Assembly: GCA_965214705.1 (NCBI GenBank)
Contig: OZ243972.1
Location: 1,984,001 to 2,048,000 of the forward strand
Origin: Alphaproteobacteria bacterium
GTDB taxonomy: Bacteria > Pseudomonadota > Alphaproteobacteria > UBA828
Direction of reading: 5' to 3'
DNA: 64,000 nucleotides
Positions 39,671 to 48,912 of the stretch are shown here, in pieces; position 1 is the stretch's first letter, and the number at the start of each line of letters is the position of its first letter. Made by a program: the position numbers and the translations under genes. Below the pieces are notes generated by a model. It was not told the DNA's origin. It saw nothing but the letters and a program-made list of their open reading frames with translations, and ran no database searches.

Positions 39671-39907
39671 GCCAGGCAACACGGCTGCTCTGCGGACGCG
39701 TTCGCCGCCGGTGCACGCCGGCATCTCGCTCGCAACGGCCGCTACTCCCACGACTACAAATTCACCGAGGCTGCCCTGGAGAACTGCAGGGAAATGGCGC
39801 CCACCGCATGGCGGGACCGGAATTTCGCCGCTTCGGTGGCATACTTCACAGGGTCCGCAACGGCGCCGAGCCCCGTTGCTCAAGAGGCGCTGCAGTTGCT
39901 GGGGTAA
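39671..39907 (+). pseudogene. start-less C-terminal gene fragment
   Basis: Open frame ...ARRHLARNGRYSHDYKFTEAALEN...WRDRNFAAS...LLG* looks protein-like; bounded by TGA upstream. Confidence 0.4.
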
Positions 39908-40056
39908 GGAGAACCGACACTGAAGGGCGGCTGCGCCTGCGAAGCCTGAGGCGAAGACCTGCGGCGCCGGCCACTAGACGAGCAAGGTCCAGAGGCGGCG
40001 CCGCAGCCAACCCGTGCGATAGTGTCGCGAGCTCACCCGCCGGAGGACCGCCGCCA

Positions 40057-40611
40057 ATGTCCCGATTGCCGCTCGCCGATCCGCAAGACCTGCCGCCCTT
40101 CCTCAAGGCCATGCACGACGGTGCTGGTGCGGAGGACTGGTCGACGCGCCATTGCGCGCGCGCCTTCGCAGCGCACCCGGACATCCTGGAGCGTTATCTC
40201 GCCTTCTACTATCCCTTCCACGCGAGCGAGCCGGGAAGCCTTCTCGATGGGCGCATCAAGGAGCTGGTGCGGCTGCGTATCGCAACTCTCAACGGCTGCA
40301 AGACCTGCAAGGCCGCTCGGCTCGCGCCGAGCGACGTGAGCGAGCGGGAAGCGGCAATCGGGGTCGACGACCCGGCCGAAGCAGAGTTCTCCCCGAGGGA
40401 GCGCGCCGCGCTCACCCTCGCTGAGCAGATGGCGCTCGATCACCACGGCTTCGACGACGGGGCGATGCGCGCGTTACGTCAGCACTTCTCGCAGGCCGAG
40501 ACGCTGGAGCTCATGATGATGATCGGCCAGTACATCGGCTTCGGTCGGATGCTGGCGATGCTCCAGCTTGAGGAGACCCAGTGCCCCATCGGCCCGGAGG
40601 GCAATGCTTAG
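40057..40611 (+). CDS. carboxymuconolactone decarboxylase/AhpD family protein
   Basis: KELVRLRIATLNGCKTC, FSPRERAAL, LRQHFS; GGAGG RBS. Confidence 0.85.
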   Translation: MSRLPLADPQDLPPFLKAMHDGAGAEDWSTRHCARAFAAHPDILERYLAFYYPFHASEPGSLLDGRIKELVRLRIATLNGCKTCKAARLAPSDVSEREAAIGVDDPAEAEFSPRERAALTLAEQMALDHHGFDDGAMRALRQHFSQAETLELMMMIGQYIGFGRMLAMLQLEETQCPIGPEGNA

Positions 40612-41396
40612 CCCCAGACCGCGGGGTCCTTGAGGTAGTCATGCACTACGCGGCCGAAGTTCAGGTCGAAGTCGACCACGGCGAAGAAGCCGCCGAGGAT
40701 GCGCACGGGCGCCAGTTGATGCCATGAATCGGCGGCGGTGCTCGAGAGCGTGAGCGCGGCGCGTCCGGCATAGAGCTCGGGGCTGCCATCCCCGCTCTTG
40801 CGCAACGCGCCCGTCACATCGAGGCGCACCAGCTCCGAGACGCTGGGCCGCTCGGCCGTCTCCGCACTCGGGATGTGGCGGTAGGAAAGCACGGGCGATT
40901 CGGCAAGCTCCTCGGGCGATGCCTTGCGGTCGCACACCATCGAGGCCGTCATCAGCCGCTGCCCGCGCGGCCGCTCCACCGTAAGCAACAGTTGCTCCAT
41001 ATAGGGCATCACGTCGCCGCCCCAGTTGTGCTCGATCACGGCGATCTTCTTGGCGTAGCCCCAAATCTCGCGGCCGGCGCCGAGGGGGATGTCGTTATCG
41101 ACCAGGATCGACGGCTGATACATGTAGCGCGTGCCGTGCAGCATCACGTCGACCATGACGAAGGCCTCGTGATAGGGCCCGAACGCCGAGAACGGGACCC
41201 AGCGCGCCCACGAGGTGCAGATTACCGGATCGTCTGCCGGCTCCACGTGGGGCGGCAGCAGCTCCATCACTGCGGCGCTGTCAGCCTCGTAGCGGATCAT
41301 TAGGTCCTGTACGCCGCGGAAGGGGTATGGCGGGGCCTCATACATCGGGCCACCGAGCGGCATGCTGAAGTGGCGCTTGAATGTGGCGATGTCCAT
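40608..41396 (-). CDS. acetoacetate decarboxylase family protein
   Basis: FSMP, GPYHEA, GREIWGYAKK (Schiff-base Lys). Confidence 0.88.
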   Translation of the reverse strand: MDIATFKRHFSMPLGGPMYEAPPYPFRGVQDLMIRYEADSAAVMELLPPHVEPADDPVICTSWARWVPFSAFGPYHEAFVMVDVMLHGTRYMYQPSILVDNDIPLGAGREIWGYAKKIAVIEHNWGGDVMPYMEQLLLTVERPRGQRLMTASMVCDRKASPEELAESPVLSYRHIPSAETAERPSVSELVRLDVTGALRKSGDGSPELYAGRAALTLSSTAADSWHQLAPVRILGGFFAVVDFDLNFGRVVHDYLKDPAVWG

Positions 41397-41420
41397 GGTG
41401 GATCTCCCTAGCGCGCGAGC

Positions 41421-42194
41421 CTAGCCGCTCTCCGTATCGAGCGCGGACCAATCGTCGAGGCGGCCGTAGAGGTAGGGCACGAATTCATCGGCCGGCAGGC
41501 GGGCCAACGGGCGGCAGGTGGAGAGCAGATCGCCCTCGATGTAGGAGGCGCCGCGCACCTCGCAGACCTCGATGTCGGCCAGCGGATCGTGCGCTGTCGA
41601 GCGCAGCGCGAGCGTGCCGGTCCCCTCGCGTCGCACCGTCAGATGATTGTCGAACTCGGCGAGCGTCAGCACGGGATCGTCCTCAAGGCCTGTACCGGTG
41701 CAGGACGGCAACGCCTTGATGTTGAAGTTGGCGCCCGTCTCGCGGCCAGCCTCACGCTCATGCGGCAGCGTCGCCTCGATCTCGATCACGCGTGTACCGA
41801 GCCGCTCGATATAGCCGTGCATGGCATTGCCGCGGCGCTGCAGGCGCGTCGTGGCTTGCTTCTTCGGCTCGCCGAAGAGGTCGCGCCCGAAGATGATCGC
41901 GTGGTCCTGATCCATAAACATCGAGAGCACGTAGGGCGCCTCGATCTCCCCGTGCCGGGCCATGACGTAGATCGCGCCACCAGTGAAGTCAGCAACACAG
42001 TTGGAGCGCCAGCGGCCCACCATCGCGATCACCAGCGGCTCCGCCACGGGCTCCAGCCCCGGCGGCAGGACCTCGGCCACGATCTCAGTCCGCGTGAGGA
42101 AATCGATCATCAGCATCTCGGCACCGACGAAGCGCGGCCGCTTCATCACTGCCTCGATGCGCTTTACCTCCTCGGGCGTTTTCACGAAGCCCAT
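41421..42194 (-). CDS. acetoacetate decarboxylase family protein
   Basis: VLPPGLEP, GRDLFGEPKK. Confidence 0.88.
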   Translation of the reverse strand: MGFVKTPEEVKRIEAVMKRPRFVGAEMLMIDFLTRTEIVAEVLPPGLEPVAEPLVIAMVGRWRSNCVADFTGGAIYVMARHGEIEAPYVLSMFMDQDHAIIFGRDLFGEPKKQATTRLQRRGNAMHGYIERLGTRVIEIEATLPHEREAGRETGANFNIKALPSCTGTGLEDDPVLTLAEFDNHLTVRREGTGTLALRSTAHDPLADIEVCEVRGASYIEGDLLSTCRPLARLPADEFVPYLYGRLDDWSALDTESG

Positions 42195-42229
42195 GGCGCG
42201 ATCCTCCTGTTTCGGCCGGCGAGCGTCCC

Positions 42230-42937
42230 TCAGGCGCCCAGATAGGCGCGGCGCAGCCGCTCCGAATCCCTGAGCGCGTCGACGGTGCCGCTGAAGCTGA
42301 CCTCACCGCCGGAGATGACGGTCCCGTTGTCGGCGACCCGGAGCGCGAAGTCCGCGTTCTGTTCAGCGACGACAATGGTGAGGCCCAGAGATTTGAGCGC
42401 GCGGAAGGTGTCGACCAACGTGTTGATGATGGCGGGCGCGAGGCCCAGCGTCGGCTCGTCCACCATGAGTAGCCTGGGCTGCGCCATCAAGCCGCGCGCA
42501 ATGGTGAGTTGCTGCTGCTCTCCGCCCGAGAGCGTGCCGCCTGCCTGCCGGGCGCGCTCCTTGAGGATGGGGAACATCGCGTAGTTACGCTCGATCAGCT
42601 CGCGCGTCTTCGCCCGTTCGCGGATGTGCACCGTGGCGCCCACCAGCAGATTGTCGAGCACGCTCATCTCCGGGAAGATGCGCCGCCCCTCGGGCACATG
42701 GGCGATCCCGTCCAGCACGATCCGGTCCGGCGATCGCCGGAGAAGCGACTTCCCTTCGAAGTCGATCTGCCCTGCAAGCGGGCGCATGAGGCCGCTGATC
42801 GCCCGCAGGATCGACGTCTTGCCCGCGCCGTTGGGGCCGAGCAATGCGCAGACTTCCCCCTGATCCACCGACAGGTTGAAACCGCGCACCACGCGGTTCA
42901 CACCGTAGGCGAGCGTCAGGTCGTCGATCGCCAACAT
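42230..42937 (-). CDS. livF: Liv-type ABC ATP-binding protein
   Basis: GPNGAGKT, VPEGRRIF, LSGGEQQ, DEPTLGLAP. Confidence 0.92.
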   Translation of the reverse strand: MLAIDDLTLAYGVNRVVRGFNLSVDQGEVCALLGPNGAGKTSILRAISGLMRPLAGQIDFEGKSLLRRSPDRIVLDGIAHVPEGRRIFPEMSVLDNLLVGATVHIRERAKTRELIERNYAMFPILKERARQAGGTLSGGEQQQLTIARGLMAQPRLLMVDEPTLGLAPAIINTLVDTFRALKSLGLTIVVAEQNADFALRVADNGTVISGGEVSFSGTVDALRDSERLRRAYLGA

Positions 42938-42938
42938 C

Positions 42939-43688
42939 TCAGTGCTCGCCGCCGAGATAGATGCTGACCACCTGCTCGTTTGAGCGGATTTCGTCAGGTG
43001 TGCCCGAGACCAGCAGCGCGCCGTGATGCATGACGAACAGGTACTCGCACACGTCCATGACCACTTCCATGTTGTGGTCGATCAAGAGCGTGGTGAGCCC
43101 GCCTCGCTGGCATTCGCGCAGGTGCTCGATCAGGTCGAAGGACTCCTCCCGGCTGAAGCCGGCGAAGGGCTCGTCCAGCAGGAGCACCTTGGGGCCGAGC
43201 GCAAGCGCCTGCGCAATCTCGGCGCGCCGGCGCAGCAGGTGGCTGAGATCGGTCGGCAGGTCGCCGCGCACGGCTTCCAGTTCGAAGAACTCGAGCAGCG
43301 CGTCGCAGCGCACGTCCTCGTCGCCGGTGCAGCCGGGGTAGCTCAAGTCGCGGCCGCCGTGCCGGCCGCCCCAGATCATTGCTGTCCTGATGTTTTCCTT
43401 CACCGACTCTTCGGTGAAGAGGCGGTTCTTCTGGTAGGTGCGGCTGAGGCCGCTGCGCGCGACCTTGTAAGACGGCAGGCGGTGGATCGGCTTCGAGTCC
43501 AGCGTCACCGTGCCCGCATCGGGCGCCGCATGCTTGGTGACGAGGTTGACGAAGGTGGTCTTGCCGGCGCCGTTGGGCCCGATCAGGCCGACCAGCGCGC
43601 CGCGCGGCACGTCGAAGCTCACGTCGCGCACGGCTTCGACGCCGCCGAAGCGCTTGCTCAAGTTGCGGACCTCGAGGATCGCGTCCAT
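42939..43688 (-). CDS. livG: Liv-type ABC ATP-binding protein
   Basis: KRFGGV, GPNGAGKTT, LLLDEP, YLG end. Confidence 0.92.
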   Translation of the reverse strand: MDAILEVRNLSKRFGGVEAVRDVSFDVPRGALVGLIGPNGAGKTTFVNLVTKHAAPDAGTVTLDSKPIHRLPSYKVARSGLSRTYQKNRLFTEESVKENIRTAMIWGGRHGGRDLSYPGCTGDEDVRCDALLEFFELEAVRGDLPTDLSHLLRRRAEIAQALALGPKVLLLDEPFAGFSREESFDLIEHLRECQRGGLTTLLIDHNMEVVMDVCEYLFVMHHGALLVSGTPDEIRSNEQVVSIYLGGEH

Positions 43689-43694
43689 CGGCCG

Positions 43695-44732
43695 CTACTG
43701 TCCCCTCGCGCCGCCGCCGAGCGCCTCGGCCACTCTCTGCCTGATGCCGGCGGACTCGAGGGCGAAGCGCCAGAGCAGATTGGCGCCGCCCCAGAGGCCA
43801 CCGCGGAAGAACAACACCGTGACCACAATCAGGCCGCCGAGGACGATTTGGTTCCACTTGCCGAAATCCTGGATGAACTGATCGAGAACCACCAGGAAGA
43901 CGACTCCGATGGCGGGTCCCAACAGCGTGCCGGAGCCGCCGATGATGACGTAAATCACGTACTGAAAAGAGCTCCAGATGGTGAACGAGCTCGGATCGAT
44001 GGCGATCTGCATGGAGGCATAGAGTGCGCCGGAGAGGCCTGCGAAGCCGGCGGCGAAGACGAAGACAAGCTGCTTGTAGCGGAAGACGTCGAGGCCGCGC
44101 GCAGCCGCAAGGTCCTCGTCCTGGCGGATCGCGCTGAGGGCGCGCCCCACATGGCCGCGCGCGAGCCACCACGAGGAGAACGCCGCGATCACGAGGAAGA
44201 AAAGCACCACGATGAGGAAGCGCGCATTGGTGACGAAGGCGTAGTCGCCGAGCGCGGGCCGCGCAATGCCGGCTGTGCCGTGCGGGCCGCCGGTGAACCA
44301 CTCCCAGCTGTCGAACATGATGTAGAGAAGCTGGCCTACGGCGAGCGTGCCGATGGCGAAGTGGTAGCCGCGCAGCCGGAACAGCGGATAGCTCAGCAGA
44401 TACGCGAGCGCGCAGGTGATGATGATGGCGCAGGGCAGCGCGGCCCAGAAATCGAACTCGAACTGCTGCACCGTAAGCACGCCCACGACATAGGCGCCGA
44501 CGCCGACGAAGCCGCCCTGGCCCATGGCGAGGTAGCCCATGTGGCCCATGAGCAGCCCGAAGGGGATGACCGCGATCATCGCCGTGCCCGCCCCCACGAG
44601 CAGGCGCAGGTGGTAGTTGTTGTCGACCGTCGCCCAGAGGACGCCGAGGAAGGCGAGCAGGACGAGCCAGCCGATCACGGCTCGCGTGCGGCGGTCTCGA
44701 AGCGATATCTGCGGGGCTCGCAAGATCGTCAT
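43695..44732 (-). CDS. livM: Liv-type ABC permease
   Basis: RLRGYHFAIGTL, TGGPHG, IIGGSGTLLGP. Confidence 0.9.
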   Translation of the reverse strand: MTILRAPQISLRDRRTRAVIGWLVLLAFLGVLWATVDNNYHLRLLVGAGTAMIAVIPFGLLMGHMGYLAMGQGGFVGVGAYVVGVLTVQQFEFDFWAALPCAIIITCALAYLLSYPLFRLRGYHFAIGTLAVGQLLYIMFDSWEWFTGGPHGTAGIARPALGDYAFVTNARFLIVVLFFLVIAAFSSWWLARGHVGRALSAIRQDEDLAAARGLDVFRYKQLVFVFAAGFAGLSGALYASMQIAIDPSSFTIWSSFQYVIYVIIGGSGTLLGPAIGVVFLVVLDQFIQDFGKWNQIVLGGLIVVTVLFFRGGLWGGANLLWRFALESAGIRQRVAEALGGGARGQ

Positions 44733-45604
44733 GCGTTGCGGTCCGGCAGACCGAAGAGCCCCTGCGGGCGGATCATCAGAATCGCGAGCAGCACCAGGAA
44801 GGGCACCAAATCGCCGAGCTTGGAGCCGACGTAGAAGACCGTGAGGTTGTAGAGAATACCGAGGATGAGGCCGGCGACGATAGAGCCCGCGATGCTGCCC
44901 ATCCCGCCGAAGATGATGATGACCAGCGCCATGAGCAGGGGCTGGAAGCCCATGTCCGGCCGCACGTTGAACAGCGCGCCGAGCATGGCACCGGCAGCAC
45001 CGCCGAGCGCGCCGCCGAGGAAGAACACGATCGCCGCCACCCGACGCTTCTTGATGCCCATCAGGGCGGCGGTCTCCTCGCCCTGGGCAGTGGCGCGCAT
45101 TGTGCGTCCGAGGTGAGTGCGGTAGACGACGAAATAGAGCAACGCGAACAAGACGAGCGTGATGGCGATGGTGACCAGTCGCGCGCCGTCGATACGGATG
45201 TCGCCTGCCGTCAGCGCCCAGTCCTCTCCCGGCATGGCGATCGGCCGCGCCTCGAAGTCGCCCCAGATGCGGAGCGCCGTGGTACCGAGAACCATGTAGA
45301 GGCCGAGCGATGCCAGCAGCTGGTCGGTCAGCGGGCGGCGCTGGAGGAAGCGGAAGACCGCGTTCTCCAGCACGATGCTGAGCAGCCCCATGACGATCAT
45401 GGCGGCGAAGAAGCCGACGAAGAAATGGGTACCGAGCTGCGTCGCGACCACGTAGGCCACGAAGCCGCCCAGCATGATGAGCTGGCCGTGGGCGAGGTTG
45501 ATGACCCTGTAGACGCCGAAGATGAGGGCGAGGCCCGCCGCCGCGACGGCAAGGTTCATGCCATAGGAGGCGCCGTAGATCAGCTGCTGGGCGAACGCGG
45601 TCAC
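44729..45604 (-). CDS. livH: Liv-type ABC permease
   Basis: GLALIFGV..VINLAHG, GRTMRA, GGMGSIAG, RPQGLFG. Confidence 0.92.
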   Translation of the reverse strand: MTAFAQQLIYGASYGMNLAVAAAGLALIFGVYRVINLAHGQLIMLGGFVAYVVATQLGTHFFVGFFAAMIVMGLLSIVLENAVFRFLQRRPLTDQLLASLGLYMVLGTTALRIWGDFEARPIAMPGEDWALTAGDIRIDGARLVTIAITLVLFALLYFVVYRTHLGRTMRATAQGEETAALMGIKKRRVAAIVFFLGGALGGAAGAMLGALFNVRPDMGFQPLLMALVIIIFGGMGSIAGSIVAGLILGILYNLTVFYVGSKLGDLVPFLVLLAILMIRPQGLFGLPDRNA

Positions 45605-45742
45605 AGCCGAGGCCGCTCCGGCTGCGCGTCAGCGCCCAGCGATTGAGGGCAAAAGAGAGGCGGCGCGCACCCTCCCGGGCAGGTGCCGCCCCAGCGTCTG
45701 CTCAACCTGCGGAATCCGGCCTAAACCGTCCCCGCGGCGGAG

Positions 45743-47122
45743 TTATTTCGGCAACTTGTCGCCGTACACGTACGGCCCGTAGAAGAGCTCGTCGCGATAA
45801 CTGATGCCGGTGTACCAGACCTTCTCGTCTGCGACGCCGATGATGTACTCGGTCGCGAAGAGCTGGCCGGTTTTCTCGCCGGTATCGGGCCGGGTGAAGA
45901 ACTCGTTTGTCGGACCGCGCAGGCCGTTGATCTTCAGGTTGCGCCAGGCTTCCACGATCTTGTCGTTGTCGGTGTGGTCGCCCGAGGCCTGCACGCCGTA
46001 GAGGAACCAGATGGCGGCGTCGTAGGCGCCGCGATCGAACGGGCTCGAGTTCCCGACCTCAGTCTCGCCGTACTTCGCGTTGTAGATCGGCACGTATTTC
46101 TCGACGCGCGCTAGCGTGGCTTCGTCCTGCGCCGGGTTGTGCTCTTGCCAGCCCCAGACGTAACCTGACGACATGTTGATGCCTTGATCCTTGGCCACGT
46201 CGACGAAGATCTGGAGCATCAGCACGTCGTTGCCCAGCAGGATGATCTCGCCGGTCTCGTAGTTGAGCCCCTGCTTCTTCATCTCATTCATGATCGCCAG
46301 CATGTCGGGGAAGATGTAGGCGTCCATCAGGACGATGTCGGGGTCCTGTTCCGCGAGCTTGGCGACGTGGGGCGCGAAGTCCGTGGTGCCGAAGGGATAG
46401 AGCACCGCCCAGTCGTGCTGGTACTCGTACCGGCCGCCGCCCTTCTCCACCGCTTCCTGCCAGCCGATGGAGCCGTGCACGGTGTAGAGCTCGTTGCGGC
46501 CGATGAAGCCGAGCTTCTTGCGCCCATCGAAGAGGGCGGGATCGATACCGTGCTCCGCCAGCCTCTCGGGCGATTCGTGAATGAACTCGCCCATGGCGTG
46601 CTTCTCGATCACGCCGGTGTCGGTGATGTCGTGGCCGTACTTGCGGCCTACGGTCATCGCCGGGCTCGAGCAGATCGCGCAGATGCTGATGATCCCTTGC
46701 GGATCGAGGATCGACGCGGCCGACAGCAGCGCCGAATTCATCCGGGGGCCCCAGATGGCGCGGGCTTCGTCCTGCTCGACCAGGCGGATGACGGCGTCGA
46801 TCGACTTCTTGTCTTCGGAGACGTCGTCATAGGCCGTCCACTCGATGGGGATGACCTTGTCGCCGATCTTGAGGCCGCCGCCCTCGCACGGCTGCGGTGG
46901 TACGGCTTCGACGATGCAGTCGCCCTTCATGAACTGCTCGACGGCGAGCCTCACGGCTGCTTCCTCGAAGAGCCCCAGGAACGAAGCCGGACCCGACAGC
47001 GTGAAGACGCCGCCAAACTTGAAGGTGTCTTCCGCCTTGGCCAGTTGCGGGCCGGCCACGAGCCCCGCACAGAGCGCCGCACCCAGCAGCCCTGCCCGAA
47101 TTACGCCAAAGGATGATGCCAT
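45743..47122 (-). CDS. Liv-type substrate-binding protein (divergent)
   Basis: Signal peptide, FKFGGVFTLSGPASFLG, TDF, GLRG. Confidence 0.85.
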   Translation of the reverse strand: MASSFGVIRAGLLGAALCAGLVAGPQLAKAEDTFKFGGVFTLSGPASFLGLFEEAAVRLAVEQFMKGDCIVEAVPPQPCEGGGLKIGDKVIPIEWTAYDDVSEDKKSIDAVIRLVEQDEARAIWGPRMNSALLSAASILDPQGIISICAICSSPAMTVGRKYGHDITDTGVIEKHAMGEFIHESPERLAEHGIDPALFDGRKKLGFIGRNELYTVHGSIGWQEAVEKGGGRYEYQHDWAVLYPFGTTDFAPHVAKLAEQDPDIVLMDAYIFPDMLAIMNEMKKQGLNYETGEIILLGNDVLMLQIFVDVAKDQGINMSSGYVWGWQEHNPAQDEATLARVEKYVPIYNAKYGETEVGNSSPFDRGAYDAAIWFLYGVQASGDHTDNDKIVEAWRNLKINGLRGPTNEFFTRPDTGEKTGQLFATEYIIGVADEKVWYTGISYRDELFYGPYVYGDKLPK

Positions 47123-47183
47123 CTCCCTCTCCCTAAGTTCCGCGCTGTGCGCGCCACGATAAACCGCTCAAATTCGGTTCCGG

Positions 47184-47212
47184 AGTATGGTGAGCGCCCC
47201 AAATGGTGTCAA
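47184..47212 (-). promoter_or_regulatory. sigma70-like promoter of the liv-adc operon
   Basis: TTGACA-N17-CATACT; inverted repeat AACCG-N8-CGGTT at 47162-47179 just downstream (possible operator). Confidence 0.6.
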
Positions 47213-47224
47213 ACGACGCTCCGG

Positions 47225-48013
47225 TCACAAGCCGAACGCCTCGGTCAGGGGACCGCGCCACCCGTGATTGGTCATGTCCAGTTGGATCGGAGTCACCGAT
47301 ATGGCGTTCTCGTGGATCGCATGGAGATCGGTCCCGGGGTGTTTGCCCCCGTCCTTGTAGCTGATCTCGACCCAGAAATAGGGCACGTGGCGCGTGTCGA
47401 TCCGCCCGTCGATGGTGAAGGAGCCCGGCGGACGCTGCCCCTGCGTCGTGATATGGACACCGCTCACCGCTTCCGGTGGCGCATCCGGGAAGTTGACGTT
47501 GACCAGCGTGCCCGAGGGCCAGTCCGGCAGGCGCACGAGGGTCTCGATCACGTCAGGCGCGAAGGCTTCCGCCGTGGCCCAGAGCGCTTCGCCCCCCATG
47601 GTGAACACTTGGCTGAGCGCGATCGAGGGGATGCCGAGCAGAGTTCCCTCCATCGCCGCGGCGATGGTGCCCGAATAGGTCATATCCTCCGCGAGGTTCG
47701 CGCCGCGATTGACGCCGGAGAGCAGGACCGTGGGCGGGCTTTCGGTCATCAGTTCGTGGATCGCCATCAGCGCGCAGTCGGTGGGCGTGCCGTGCACCGC
47801 ATAGCGCTTCTCCCCGATCTGGCGCAGGCGGATCGGCGTGTGCATCGAAATGGAATGGCCGGCGCCGCTCCGCTCGTGATCCGGGGCGACGACCCAGACG
47901 TCGTCCGTCAGGCTTCGCGCGGTCGCCTCGAGTATCTTGAGTCCCCTGGCGTGGATGCCGTCGTCGTTGGTGACGAGGATGCGGTGGTGGGAGAGATCGC
48001 TCTCCGCTGCCAT
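47225..48013 (-). CDS. surE: SurE 5'/3'-nucleotidase/phosphatase (start may be 48118)
   Basis: ILVTNDDGI, VVAP..ERSG, GTPTDC, SGVNRGANL, YSGTIAAA. Confidence 0.93.
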   Translation of the reverse strand: MAAESDLSHHRILVTNDDGIHARGLKILEATARSLTDDVWVVAPDHERSGAGHSISMHTPIRLRQIGEKRYAVHGTPTDCALMAIHELMTESPPTVLLSGVNRGANLAEDMTYSGTIAAAMEGTLLGIPSIALSQVFTMGGEALWATAEAFAPDVIETLVRLPDWPSGTLVNVNFPDAPPEAVSGVHITTQGQRPPGSFTIDGRIDTRHVPYFWVEISYKDGGKHPGTDLHAIHENAISVTPIQLDMTNHGWRGPLTEAFGL

Positions 48014-48159
48014 GGCGGGGGTCCTTTGGGCGCTCGTGTCAGGGGCCGCAGTCTCTTCGGGGCGTCCGTCGGGTGCAAGATCGATAGCCAGATTGACAGC
48101 CGAGAGGCCAATCCGCATGTTGGCGCCTCCGTTCCGGCGAGCCTGCCCTGGGGGAAAGT

Positions 48160-48912
48160 GTGGCCAAGCTTTACGTGGACACGGACAAGTACGGCGACCA
48201 GGCACACTCGCCCACCGTCGAGGCCTTCCACAGCGCGATCAAAGACCTGGTAAGGCGCCGCCTCGACGAGAGCGGGGTCGACTGGAACAGCTTCGTCTTC
48301 GACAAGTCCTACGATCTCATCACCGCGGCCGATTTCGAGGAAATCGAGAGGAAACTGCTCGACGCCGGGCACCGCTACGACTTCTCGGCCGTGATCTCGG
48401 TGAACGAGCGGCCCGAGGCCTACAAGCCCGCCGAAGGCATCCTGGGCGACGACCCTGACTGGACCATGGAGCATCCGGACGCGCCCTCCGGCGAAGCCGA
48501 TGCGGAGGGCCGCGCGCTCTGCGGCGTCGGTGACAACGTGATGCGCGTCTCCGAGAATACCGTGGGCACCGCGCGCTACGTCCGTTCCAGCAGCCAGGTC
48601 ATGCACTACCTCGGCGACGGCGTGCCGCCGGAGACCATCGCCATCATCGACGACTCCGGCGGCACACTGACGGCGCCGATCCTGGAGCAATTCACCGGCA
48701 TCATCTGCATGGGCGGTACCGTGCGCTCCCATCTCGGCATCTTGTCGCGGGAATACGGCATTCCCTGCTTCATGAACGCCAAGATCACCGGGATCAAAGA
48801 GGGCCAGCGGGTGGAGATGGAAACGGCGGCGGCGGCCAAGACGGCTGAGGCCTACCAGAAGGGCGAGGAGATGACCGCCAACATCTGGAAGCTGGTCCGG
48901 GAGGCTTCGTGA
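48160..48912 (+). CDS. stand-alone PEP-utilising phospho-His swivel domain protein
   Basis: GIICMGGTVRSHLGILSREYGIPC; unknown ~110-aa N-terminus. Confidence 0.8.
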   Translation: MAKLYVDTDKYGDQAHSPTVEAFHSAIKDLVRRRLDESGVDWNSFVFDKSYDLITAADFEEIERKLLDAGHRYDFSAVISVNERPEAYKPAEGILGDDPDWTMEHPDAPSGEADAEGRALCGVGDNVMRVSENTVGTARYVRSSSQVMHYLGDGVPPETIAIIDDSGGTLTAPILEQFTGIICMGGTVRSHLGILSREYGIPCFMNAKITGIKEGQRVEMETAAAAKTAEAYQKGEEMTANIWKLVREAS

